A stretch of 64,000 nucleotides of DNA, from contig OZ024742.1 of the NCBI GenBank assembly GCA_964016885.1, positions 146,010,001 to 146,074,000 on the forward strand. Reading direction: 5' to 3'. Of the stretch, positions 24,336-36,449 are shown in pieces (positions within the stretch are counted from its first letter, which is position 1; every line of letters starts with the position of its first letter). Origin of the DNA: Eledone cirrhosa. Taxonomy: Eukaryota. The position numbers and the translations under genes are program-made. The notes under the pieces are model-generated. The model saw only the letters and a program-made list of their open reading frames with translations, made no database searches and had not been told where the DNA came from.

Positions 24336-25852
24336 GTTTTGCAATATTTTTTCTATGGCTTAGTCAAAGAGGGCCAGCACCTATGAACCTTTATTTTTCA
24401 GGTCCTCTCAGATTGTTGGGATACTTTTTATCTTTTTAAAAAGATACTTTTAACGATGTGGTGGGGTTAAGTCAGGTGACAAATTAAATCTATCTAAAAA
24501 TTAAGCCACAGTGGGATTTGAACTCAGAACACAAAAAGCTGGAACAAATACAACAAGGCATCTCATGTGATGCTCTAACAATTCTGCCAATTTACCACTA
24601 TAAACTGGTATTTTATTTTATAGGCAAGATTGACCTCAGTGGGATTTGAATATAGAGCACGGAGAGCCAGAATAACTACTGCAAAGCCTTTTGTCATATA
24701 CTCTAATGATTCAACCAATTTACTGTAGTTTTGAAGATTGACAGAGGAAATAAATAGATGATCAAATCGGTAGAGCACTGGGAAAATTATGTTGAAGTAT
24801 TTAGTTACATTTTTTTACATACTGAGGTAAAAATCCTACTGACACTGACTTCACATTTCATCCTTCTCTGATTGATCAATTAAGTAACAGTCGTGTGAAG
24901 GTTTGTAGCTTAGTAGTTAGAGTCATTAGTTTTATTCCAACACCAAACGATCTGTTGTGTCCTTGAGCAAGGTATTTCATTTCACATTGATAAAGCCCAC
25001 TCAGCTGAAATGAATGAGTACCAGAAGTAGTAGCAGCAGCTGTAGGGTTAACCTTACAACAGGCTAGTATTCCATCCAGACGAAGGTATTGTACTTTCAG
25101 TTACTTAATAACATGAAACTGATATAAGCTCTGGCTTGATGAGCCTCGTATATATGACCCTGTAATTTGTGAGGGAGTTGTAGGGGAACTGCATTGACAT
25201 AAGGGTTTCTAGGGCATTTTAAAACCTGGTGGAGCCCATCCCTCTCCAAGTCTGAATACAGCAATTTCTTCCAGAGAATGATAGAGTAATAGAGAAGAAG
25301 TGAGAAAGAGATATAGAGGAAGAATTGACCCCAGTACTAGACTGGTTATCGACCTTGCATGGATAAAAGACAAAGTTAATGTCAATAGCATTTGAACTTC
25401 TGGTTCTTTATTGAGTTGATTGACTGTAGCACTTTTCCCAAATGTCTGTACTAGAGTTAGAAATCCATTTTAAAACAGAAAACTGAAACTTCAGACTCGA
25501 AACATTGAACATGTGTTTCTTTAATTATATATTCAGAAAATGTTTTAGTTACTGCAATTGAATCAATTTAGCAATTTATAATAAAATGTTCTACTGGTCT
25601 TCTAAATTTTACATGAATAAAACATTTTCGTTTTCAAAATGATTGATAATAAATCAGGAAAAGCATGAGAAATTTAGCTCTGAAATAGGACATAAAGCAC
25701 AGCTCTTTACATACTATTATGTAGACAATAGATTCCAGATTTATAAGGAGGAATGTTGAGGTGAGTTTATGGTGTTCATGGTTGTACTAAAAATTAAGAT
25801 TGGGTTGCAAACATGACTTACTAGATGGGAGTTGAATATAATATGTTTAAAT

Positions 25853-26073
25853 ATAATGGTTTCTGATTTAGGCACAAGGCTAACAATTTTTGGAGAGGGG
25901 GTAAGTCGATTAAATTGACCCAAATGCATTGCTGATACTTTATTTTATGGATCCCATAAGGATGAAAAATAAAGCTAACCTTGGTGGGATTTGAAATCAG
26001 AACATAAAGGGCCATAACTCTATGCTGCAAAGCATGGTGCCCGATGCTCTACTGATACTGCCAATCCACCACC
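25853..26073 (-). mobile_element. tRNA-derived SINE (family B)
   Basis: Reverse complement of the family B consensus. More degenerate copies lie near 13836, 21295, 24480-24890, 36265, 36960, 60830 and 62630. Confidence 0.8.
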
Positions 26074-27479
26074 CTACTTTAGAATTATTGTGAATTAAAG
26101 TGCCCAACTATTGTACCTGGATCAATGTGCAATGAAAAGTTTTTTAATTAGATAACAGAAGTAGAATATGATAGCAATAAAACTTCATGTAAATTGTTCA
26201 ACATTGAAATACTGGCTCAAAAATGATAACCAAATGTTTAAGTATAATAACCATACATTTAGTATTGCTGTAAGTATTTTAATTCTTAATGTCCACATGA
26301 AACTGCATTAGCAAGACATTCTTGAAAAATACAAAACAGCATCACATGAAATATTAAAGTTTTTACTGAGTTTACTGAAAATTCCCCAACAATCTATCCA
26401 CTAGTAAAGATTAAAAAAAAACATTTGAAATAACAAACCCGTTTTTAGATATTTTCTGCTCAATCATTATTGGATGTTAAAAGTTAAGCTGTGATCATGT
26501 CCCAGTAGATTCATCAAAACAGGGTAAGAGTGGTGTTTCACAATCATTACTGGTGATCCTTGAATCTATGAGCTATCACTTTCATTTTGACACATTTGCT
26601 GAAGTTAGATGAAGCTAAATATTTCTTTTAATAATTTTAAACTAACTATAATCCTAACAATGAACAATGATCAAAGTGGGCCCATTATTAAGGATGTGAG
26701 AGGAGGGTGCCTTCAGATTTAGATACATTTACAATGGTATGCTTATTCCAAAACTCTACTTTAGAATTATTGTGTCTGGAACAATGAAAAGTTAAAAAAA
26801 TCTTTCTTAACTGATTTACAATTTTCACATTAGATAAGAGAAGTAGAATATTACAGCAATAAAGCTTCACGTAAATTGTGCAACATTGAAATACTGGCTC
26901 ATAAAACCTTTTTCAGTTAAACATAAACAGAAAATAGTGCTGTAATAAACAAAAATTTGCAACAGACTATCTCAGTAGTTTCTCCAGTAGCAACAAAACA
27001 GCACAAGAAGTACAGTTAACAACATTTGTATCTTGTCAGTCAAGTATTTGTAGCATTGATCAATTAGAACTCATTTATAAAGGAATACCTTCATCATCAA
27101 TTGTAGCTGATTTAAAATTGTACGACAATTACACAAAAAACTGCTATTGTTCCATTCTTACTAATTCAATATTGAATTTACTGTTTTAAATGTTCACACA
27201 CATACAACATCCATCTCAACATCTCACAAACATTACCTCGCTTTTGCTATCTCAAAATTCTTTTTCCAGTTTCAACTTCCTCTTTTCAAAGTTTTAATAT
27301 ATCACTGCTCTATTATTGCACTTTTAATTGAATTTACTGTTTTAAATGTTTACACACACACAACATTCATCTCAACATCTTACACACATTTCCCCACAAA
27401 CACAGAATTCATTTCTCTGTTTTAGCTCACTCCCAACCTCCTATTCCCATGTAATCCACACATCCCTCTTACATGCCCA

Positions 27480-30400
27480 TCTGATGGTAGATTTAACACT
27501 GGTGGTTGGATGAAAAAACTGTCACCATTTAGATCTAAATCTAAACTATTTTAAGGTCATGCACCGAGTGACCAGGAGACCCGATGTCTAAACAATTTCA
27601 TAACATCCTATCAGCTTTCATCCTCCTGTTTCCCCCCACCTCTGCCTCATTCTAGGGGCGCTAACTTGTATCCCCCCCCCCCACTATTGTCAGATTCTGT
27701 TGAAATTAGCCCTGTTCATCCCATTATTCACTCCACCACACTCACAACAGCGAGCTTGCTTCCAATGCTACCTGCCCCCTATCCAAGCCCCACTGCCAGA
27801 GTTAGTGTTGTTCACCCGGTTCCTCCTTTACCTCTATTGCTAACCTACCCAAACCCTCTTCTCTTGTATGAATCCTAATTCTAATGCCGATCCCTCTGAT
27901 GCTGCCAATTCACCACCAAATTATGTACTTTGCACCCATCAAAGTTGATATTTGAAGACCACCTAATGTCACTCATGTAGCCTAAGCTATCACAGGAGCT
28001 GCATTAGCATTACTAAGGTTCAAGCTGAAAGCTTTTCAAACTGGATGTACTACCAATGCCATTTCAGCTCTGACTTACTTCGCAGGTCAGAGCCTAGCTC
28101 TGATGTTCAGATTCCTGTTGAGGATTTTGCAGTTACCCTCTGGGGCTTGTCAACTGGATCCTAAAGGGAGCTCAGACTTGTTTTGCCCATCCTCTATCCA
28201 AGCTGTTGAAGAATATCTGTGCATCCAACAAGATCTTGGATTGGCAGAAACTGTTCTTATTCCCTCTAGTTTCTCTCCACGTGACTAACGTGAAAACTGG
28301 AACCCTCATATCTTCCCTAAAACAGCAGTTTAAGCTGTTTGAGTCAATCCCAACTACTGCTCATCTCAGGCTGGTGATCAACTCAGTTTTGAACAATTGG
28401 CGATCACCGAACTTAAAGAAGGCTGTCAATACTAAATTCAATGAATTTGACATTAAAGGGGCTGTTCGCCTCATCTCTTTTCTATCATCCCTCGCCCAGT
28501 GCACTACTGATTCTCTCCAGCCCCTCCAGATGACCACTTACACCCGCCTGATCCACCAGGTTATTTACAACCTGTCTTCACCCTAGATAATGTCAGGAAT
28601 GTGATTATATCCTTTCTTGTGGGTACTGGTGTAAGGATTAATGGTCTATGACTTCAGCACCTCAAGGATGGTATCTCTTTGTTGGTCAGTTTTGTAATCT
28701 GTTCTTGTCTGAGAGTATCCTCCCTTACATTTCCCCCCTGTTCTTTGGGGCTAAACTGTTTGGCCTCACAAAGCCCAATGGTGACCTCCACCCCATAGCA
28801 GTTGTGTGTACTCTGCAATGGCTCACAGCAAAAGTATGTCTGTCCTCAATTTCAGACTGCCTGTCTGCCGAATTTTGCCCTATTCAGCTAAGGCTGGATA
28901 CCAAGCTAGGCTGTGAGGTTGCTGCTCATACCACTAAAGCTTTTACTAACTTCTGAGACTCCAAAAGTTATCCTCAAACTAGATCCCAGGAGCACCTTCA
29001 ATTCCATCAGTTGGGATTTCATCCTTCGTTCAGTAAAGGAGTGGACTGCACAGCTTTACCACTTTGCTTTGCAAGCTTATCAGGGGCCCCCTACCTCAAC
29101 TTCAGCGACTATTTCATCCTATCTGCTTAAGGGATCCAACAAGGTGACCTGCTCAGATCTTCTCTTTTCACAGTGGGCATTGATCACATCACCAAGATGG
29201 GAGCTGAATTGGATTTGAATGTCTGGTACCTGGATGATGCTTGTTGCATCAAACACCCAGCTGGTCCCTCAAACACCCAGCTTCCCACCAGCAAACTATT
29301 AACCTGTTTACAGAGTCCTTTTCTCCTATCACAGTTCCTCTCTCACCAACGTGGTGCTCCCTTGGAGCCCCAATTACTGACCAAGCCTTTAAGTCCATTT
29401 TTTTTTATCGAAGTTGGTTAACCTCAAGCAACTTTTAAAAAATCTTGAGGCTATTGAGCCTCACCAAGGTTTTTTATACTTATGAATTACTTGTCAATTT
29501 CTATGTTGTATTTCGTCAGAGTCAGTCCCTCTTACAGATTATTGTCATCTCTACAATGCTTTGACAACTTAACTTCTGTAAACTTGAGAGCTTGGTCAAT
29601 GTCAGACTCTCTCCAGAGTCCTACGACCTGACTACTTTGCCCAAACAGTTTGGAAGTCTTGGTCTGCATAAATGCTCGTCTCTCTCTCTACCATGCTTTC
29701 TTTCCTCCACCCACACTTGCCCCACTTTAGTAGGTGACATTCTCTTGTTTCCAACATGGATTAGTTCCACCAGGGAGATGAATGAAGCTTTACTACAGTG
29801 GAGAGAGCTGGGTTTATCAGTTCCTGATACTGACACAGATAGATGGAAGCAGGGAGTATCAGAAAATCTGCTCTTTCTTTGATCAATCTGATCAATTTTC
29901 AAGATGTCACTTACTTTCTGCAAGTGCAAAATACTCAGGGGACTGGGTTAATGCCTTAATTGTAGCTAACATTGGTGGTCTTCTCAATCTGGACGAGCTC
30001 CGCATCTCCATTGCACTCCAAGTGGATGCCAATGTCTGTTGGGGTTTGAGATGTTGTTGTGGTAGGCCCCTCAACTCCACAGGCCTCCATGTCTTGTCAT
30101 GTCTTGTCATGTGAATGCTGGCTGCTTCACCCACCACACCGCGCCAAACCTAATCCCCTCAGTTCTGGAGCTGGCTTGATTATCGAAAATTGGTGGTAAG
30201 AGATCAGATGGTCATACCCTTTGTCCCTGATTAAGAGGCAGATGTCTCATCTGGGACACCACAATCAGTGACTCTTTTGCTCCCTCCCACATCATGGATG
30301 CCGTGGTAAATATTAGGGTCACTGCTTCCGTTGCTGAATGGAATAAAATCCTAAAATATTGGGAACTATCAAATAACTAATTTTTGCAGCCTGTGATATT

Positions 30401-30600
30401 TGAGATGTTTGGTGGAACTGGGATGCTGACAATGACATTTTTGTCATTGTTAGTGGTTCACCTCACTGGGGTGTCATGTGATGCCCATGAAGGTGCCTGG
30501 TTGTTTCAGCACCTTAGCCTCGCCATCACCCGCAGTAACACTGCGAGTATGTTGGCTTGCACAAACATTTTCGTTGACCCTTGTGGTGTGTGGATGATTT
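27480..30600 (+). mobile_element. Degraded CRE-like non-LTR retrotransposon (RT plus restriction-like endonuclease)
   Basis: FFGAKLFGLTKPNGDLHPIAV, LKLD..STFNSI, WYLDD, LPKQFGSLGL, CCC...GLHVLSC, KRSDG..WDTT, QPVIFEMFGG, HLSLAITRSN; many stops and frameshifts. 5' boundary is approximate. Confidence 0.8.
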
Positions 30601-31591
30601 TTGCACTTAGTAGTGAATTGATGGTTATTTTTGCTTGTTTTTTCTCTCTCACTTTCATCATATATTTTTGTGCATTATATTTGTGAGGTTTCTAGCAATA
30701 ATTAATTGTATTTATATGTGTTTATATTTTCATTCTGTAAGAATTATAAACAATTTGTAATGTTATTTATACAAATGTGAATACAATTTTCCCATTAACA
30801 CCAAAATAAAATTCTATTCCAATTTTTAGGATTAACTCCTGTTAGGAAAAACTACTGCTGAAGTTTACTATCAAATCTTGAAAAAGTTTGTCAGTGATGT
30901 GAGAATTAACCCTTTTGTTATCAACATGGCAAAAATCAGCTTTGGCTCTATGAAAAAGAATAAAAAACACTTAGAATCACATTCTAGCATTGACTATCTA
31001 TTTAGAGAAATTTACTGTTGGTTACACTGATTAGCACTGTCAAGAGAATCATACATGAAAATACATAATAGAGAAAACTTCAAAGCCACTCCAGTCGTGA
31101 TCATCCCATTTTATGGAAGTATGTATAGGAGGATTATATTATTCTGTGTCATTTCTTTCATAAGAGCAACAACCTGTGATTTGAGTGATATTTGATTGGT
31201 ATTTCTAGCAGGTTGACTGACCACGTAAAATGGCTCCCTGATTGTTGGATGTGGCTGATATTAAGACTAAGTAGTTGTGAGATTGAAAGTCTACTTGACA
31301 CCTCACACGACCCTTGCTATGATTAAAGCATGTGAGCTCTGACTGTTGATTTATGCAAGGGAGACAACTATGACTGGTGTGAACGCAATGTGAATGAAGA
31401 TGTACTAGAGGAGAAAACGTTGTGAATTGTCAGGTAAAGCTTATCACAGCAGTGTAAAATTTAAGAAAAGATGAGAAAGTGGTGAGGTTAGATCTCAGGC
31501 ATTTTGGCCTTGTTGAGGAGATACAAGAGATCACAATAAATGTCATTAAACTGGATGGTAGATTCATTCAATCCATTGCAGTATATAGAAA

Positions 31592-31646
<55 letters not shown>

Positions 31647-31647
<1 letters not shown>

Positions 31648-34600
31648 CATCATCATCATCATCATCAACGTTTAACGTCCGTGTTCCACGCTTGCATGGG
31701 TTTGGACGGGGGTAGTCCCACTTGAGGCAAGAGTGATTGTCTTGCTCGCATAGGACTGTCTGGCAGGTTTTCTACAGTTGGATGCCCTTCCTAACACCAA
31801 CCACATTTACAGTGTGGGTCTGGGAGGTTTTTACCGTGTTGCCTACACGGCCACATTACAGCGTGGACTGTGTGTTTTTTTGTCGTGACACCTACACGAT
31901 CTCATTTGTTTCGGCCCGGATGGCGCGGCACCAACATAACTTTACATAGGACGGGGTGGTGTGGATGGGGTGGGGGTGGTGGTGGTGGGACGGGGTGTAT
32001 TTTGTTAGAGATGCCTACTGGCAAGGCGGGTCTTCTCTGTTACTGAGTACCGCCAAAGGTCTCGGTCCAGTGACATTGTCTTGGAGAGGTGTAAGTGTGT
32101 GAGGTCGGAGTTTATCAGCTCGTCCCAGGTTTTTCTAGGTCTGCCTATTCCGTGGCTACCGTCTATCTTTATTGCCCTGCACTTTGTTATACAGCTATCG
32201 ACTTTCATGCGCATCACGTGTCCATACCAACGTAGCCTTCTCTCGAGTAAACAACATCTGATCCCTCTTATCTCTAATTTTTTCCTTAGTTCGTTTATGC
32301 TTTGCCGTTCACGTATATTACTGTTACACATCCAGCGGAGCATGCAAGCTTCGTTCCTCTCTAGTCTGCGTATATCCTCTGCACACAATGCCCAGGTCTC
32401 ACTGCCATGCAACATTGCTGTTCGTATGCAGGCATCGTACAACCTGCCTTTCATTTTTAGGGAGAACCCTTTAGCAGCTAATAGTGGTATAAGCTCTCTG
32501 AACTTTTTCCAACCAGTTCTGACTCTAGCTACAGTACTTTCAGAGCACCCTCCCCCACTGCTGATTTTATCGCCCAGGTAACGGAAGCTGTCCACTATTT
32601 CTATAGAACCCTCTGCGCAATTGAAAGAGCTAGTATTGTGTGGGCACTTGCTGCTACTTATTGCACCAGAACACCGGCCACATGTAAAATCTATGTTCTT
32701 AGTTAGCTTACCTGTGATCCCACTACATCTTTTATGCACCCATACTTTGCATTTAGGACACAAAATGGAGTTTCTACCTACGCCTTTCCTACACACCGAG
32801 CACGACCATTTCCCAGAAGGGACCGCCGCCTTGTTTTCTTTCCTACAAACTAGAACTTTGGTCTTAGCCAGGTTAATTTTAAGTCCTTTTGACTCTAGGC
32901 CGTGCTTCCATGTTTGGAATTTCTTCTCTAGCTCGGCCATTGATTCCGCTATGAGTGTCAGGTCGTCTGCGTATAGGAGTTCCCATGGGCAGCCTGTCTT
33001 GAACTCCTCTGTTATAGCCTGAAGGGCAATAATAAATAGTAGGGGGCTGAGAACAGAGCCCTGATGGACGCCAACTTTTACGCTAAACTCTTCACTATAT
33101 TCGTTGTTAATTCTAACCTTGCTGACTGTTTCTTTATACATGGCTTGTATAGCCCTCACAAGCCATTCGTCAACGCCTAGTTTTCTAAGAGCCCACCAGA
33201 TAATGGAGCGGGGGACTCTGTCGAAGGCTTTCTCCAAGTCGACAAAAGCTAAGTAGAGGGGTTTACCTTTAGCTAGGTACTTCTCCTGTAGTTGTCGTAC
33301 TATGAAAAGAGCGTCTGTGGTACTTTTGCCTGACACAAACCCGAACTGCATTTCATCTAGGTCAATTCTCTCTCTGATTAGTTGCGCTATTACTTTTTCT
33401 GTGACCTTCATGACCTGGTCGATTAATTTAATGCCTCTATAGTTACTCCTATCTAGGGCGTCTCCTTTACCCTTATAACAGTTAACGATGATGCTGCTAT
33501 GCCAGTCCTTCGGAACAGCCCCATTCTGTACGACTTGGTTAACTATGCGGGTGACCATGGTGTGTCCCACCGTGCCAGATGCCTTCAGCATCTCAGCAAC
33601 TATTTCCGAAGGCCCAGCCGCCTTACCTGTCTTCATATCCTTGATTGCCTTACTTATTATACTCCCCTCGACTAACACTGCTGGTCCCTCTATTGGGTCG
33701 ACATGGGGGAGACTGTCTTTCTCCCATTTATTCTCCTCATTTAGTAGCCTTTCATAGTGACACTTCCAAGCTGCCTTCTTATCAGTGTCGGTGATGGCAA
33801 GTATGCCATCATCGTTAAGTACACACTTCTCCCCGACAATATCACGGTTTTCCTTGACGCATTGCCTAGCAATCCTGAACACCTCACGTTTTTGGTCATC
33901 GCGTTGTAGGACATGCTTGAACTTTCTTTCCTCAGCTTCCCTTCTTGCTAAGTACACTTCTCTCCTAGCTTCCCTCCTGGCCACTTGATAGTCTACTCTA
34001 CTTCCCCCATCCCGCCATACTTTCCAAGCCTGCTTTTTGGCCTTAATTGACTCCTCCACCTTACTGTTCCACCACCATGTTACTCTCCTCCTGCCTACAG
34101 GCCTGCTCCAGCCACAGACTTCGTCTGTGGCCAACAGCAGGTTTGCTTTCAGAAATTCCCACTGTCCCTCTATATTGTCCGACTCTAAGTGTTCTTCCTT
34201 ACTGTCGAAAGCATCAAGTAATATGTTTTGAAATTTATTTTTGGCTGTGGGGTCCTTTAGCTTCCATATTTTTCTCCTGAGGATAGTCCTCTTCTGCTGT
34301 CGAGTACGTCTCGACCTGACTATGAGGTCGCTAATTATCAGTCTATGTTGGGAGGTGCATTCTTCATGGGGGAGGGATTTAGTGTTTACAACAGACACTC
34401 TGTCACGTCTTCTGGTAAGGATATAATCTACCTGGCTTGTCTGTTCCCCGGATCTATAGGTGATCAGGTGATTGTCACGTTTTTTGAAGTTAGTGTTACA
34501 GATAGTTAGGTTATTTGCATCACAGAATTCCAGGATTCTGGAGCCTTCCTCATTTCTAGTACCAAACCCATAGCCTCCATGGATTTCGTCGTAGCCGTCA

Positions 34601-35780
34601 CAATGTTGCCCAACGTGACCATTTAGGTCGCCTGCAATAATTATATAGTCACTGTCAGATATTTGGGAGGTAGTGAGCATCAGTGTCTCATAGAATCTGT
34701 CTTTTATAGTGCCGGGCAGTCCGGATTGGGGTGCATACGCAGATATTACTGTCACCGTAGTTCTATTGAGGACAAGTCGTATTTTAATTATTCTGTCGTT
34801 CACTCTATTTACGACTATTATCTTATCCGCCCACTTTTCTGCTACCATGATTCCTACTCCACCCAGCCCATCGTCGTTTCCCACCCAGAAAAGCTTATAA
34901 CATCGTTTTTTACCCTCAATGAATCTAGCAGACCCACCCCTCCACCTGGTCTCTTGAATACAACAAACATCGACCTCCTTACGTTCAAGCATTTCTACAA
35001 CCTCGTTAGCGCGCCCCTTTAGGGTGCCTACATTTATGGTACCAACTCTGAAGTTTTGGATCGCGTTTGGAGGGTGGGGGTGGTGTGGGGCGGGGGGAGA
35101 TGGGGTTATGTTAGCCATCCGCGGGCGAAACAAAGAAGAGTGCTCGCATTCTCGTCCACGAGGTGAATTTGACTTTAGCATTGGCATTTTCGCTCTGAGC
35201 GTCCAGATTTTTCTCTCCCCTCCACTCTCCAGGATTCCGCAGTCCGTCCATCCATCCATCATATATCGAAGGCAACCGTGCAAGCGATAGTATAGGCCTC
35301 TGGCTTATGATTGGTCCGCGTAATAATAATAATGGTGATGCGTGTGGGGGGGGGGGTCTCTGGCTTATAGTAATAATGGTGATGCGTGTGGGGGGGGGGT
35401 CTCTGGCTTATGATTGGTCCACGTATTAAGAATGGTGGTGTGTGGGGGCGGATGGGAGGGATGTGGGGTAGCTAGCTGGAAGGTTATGAATGTTTACCAG
35501 CGAGTAACAAAAAGCAAAACTGCAAGATTTGTTCTGTTCAATACGACAAAAACACCGTATTTAAACCTTAATAAATAACAAAAAATACAGATTTCGGATT
35601 TTGCGGGATTGGATGTTTGTACGAAATTGTGGTGTGTGGAGGAGATAGGAAAAACGTGAACGTTACGATTACATGGTTACACCGTAGTAGGGGTAGTTGA
35701 AGCAGCAATTGTTTGGCGAAAGTGAATAAACATGAACGGGAATTTATCTTATATATATATGTGTGTGTGTGTGTGTGTAG
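31647..35780 (-). mobile_element. Apparently full-length RTE-clade LINE
   Basis: (GAT)n tail, ~350-bp 3' UTR, single uninterrupted ORF, 5' UTR with short tandem duplications (35297-35430). 5' end is approximate; no TSD resolved because the flanks are microsatellite. Confidence 0.95.
32005..35283 (-). CDS. RTE polyprotein: APE endonuclease + reverse transcriptase + PHD finger (first ATG at 35262)
   Basis: APE motifs TINVGTL, IQETRW, SAYAPQ, GDLNGH, VDYIL, SQH; RT motifs NYRGIKL, FVDLEKAFDRV, GVHQGSVLSP, YADD; C4HC3 finger; FRYLG and RRLRWYGHV...GRPRKTW. Confidence 0.95.
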   Translation of the reverse strand: MHGCLRYMMDGWTDCGILESGGERKIWTLRAKMPMLKSNSPRGRECEHSSLFRPRMANITPSPPAPHHPHPPNAIQNFRVGTINVGTLKGRANEVVEMLERKEVDVCCIQETRWRGGSARFIEGKKRCYKLFWVGNDDGLGGVGIMVAEKWADKIIVVNRVNDRIIKIRLVLNRTTVTVISAYAPQSGLPGTIKDRFYETLMLTTSQISDSDYIIIAGDLNGHVGQHCDGYDEIHGGYGFGTRNEEGSRILEFCDANNLTICNTNFKKRDNHLITYRSGEQTSQVDYILTRRRDRVSVVNTKSLPHEECTSQHRLIISDLIVRSRRTRQQKRTILRRKIWKLKDPTAKNKFQNILLDAFDSKEEHLESDNIEGQWEFLKANLLLATDEVCGWSRPVGRRRVTWWWNSKVEESIKAKKQAWKVWRDGGSRVDYQVARREARREVYLARREAEERKFKHVLQRDDQKREVFRIARQCVKENRDIVGEKCVLNDDGILAITDTDKKAAWKCHYERLLNEENKWEKDSLPHVDPIEGPAVLVEGSIISKAIKDMKTGKAAGPSEIVAEMLKASGTVGHTMVTRIVNQVVQNGAVPKDWHSSIIVNCYKGKGDALDRSNYRGIKLIDQVMKVTEKVIAQLIRERIDLDEMQFGFVSGKSTTDALFIVRQLQEKYLAKGKPLYLAFVDLEKAFDRVPRSIIWWALRKLGVDEWLVRAIQAMYKETVSKVRINNEYSEEFSVKVGVHQGSVLSPLLFIIALQAITEEFKTGCPWELLYADDLTLIAESMAELEKKFQTWKHGLESKGLKINLAKTKVLVCRKENKAAVPSGKWSCSVCRKGVGRNSILCPKCKVWVHKRCSGITGKLTKNIDFTCGRCSGAISSSKCPHNTSSFNCAEGSIEIVDSFRYLGDKISSGGGCSESTVARVRTGWKKFRELIPLLAAKGFSLKMKGRLYDACIRTAMLHGSETWALCAEDIRRLERNEACMLRWMCNSNIRERQSINELRKKLEIRGIRCCLLERRLRWYGHVMRMKVDSCITKCRAIKIDGSHGIGRPRKTWDELINSDLTHLHLSKTMSLDRDLWRYSVTEKTRLASRHL

Positions 35781-36009
35781 CTAAGAGAGAGAGAGAGAGA
35801 GTGGGAAGGGGGAGAGAGAGAGAGAGAGAGTGGCTGACCGCAACCCCTCGTGAAGAAAATGGTGGGTGAGGGGTGTATGAGCGGGATTTTTGACTTTCGA
35901 GGTAGCATGATATATATATTTAAAGTAAATTATAAGAAGTAGAATGGAAAGGATTTTGTTGTTTTTTGTTATATATATATATATATATATACACATATAT
36001 ATATATTTA

Positions 36010-36042
<33 letters not shown>

Positions 36043-36085
36043 GTGTGTGTGTGTGTATACACACACGTATACATGCACACACACA

Positions 36086-36154
<69 letters not shown>

Positions 36155-36449
36155 TCTTTCATACTTTTACTGGTTTCGAAATTTTCTCTGCCACCTTTTG
36201 GTCATTTGCTCCCTCATTTATATTATTTAATTAATTATTGCTGTTATCAATATACTGATTCATAGAGTTGCGACCCTTTATGTTCTGAGTTCAATTTCCG
36301 CCAAGGTTAGCTTTGCCTTCCATTCTTACAGGTTCAATAAAATAAAGTACCAGTAATGCACAGGAGTCGATTTATTGACTTTCCCATCACCCAAAATTGT
36401 TGGCCTTATGCCTAAAGCAGAACCCATTATTAATATGTTGATTTATTTA

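Noticed and set aside
32081-35290. Plus-strand ORFs antisense to the RTE ORF
   Set aside because: Shadow frames of the RTE coding sequence with no independent motifs.
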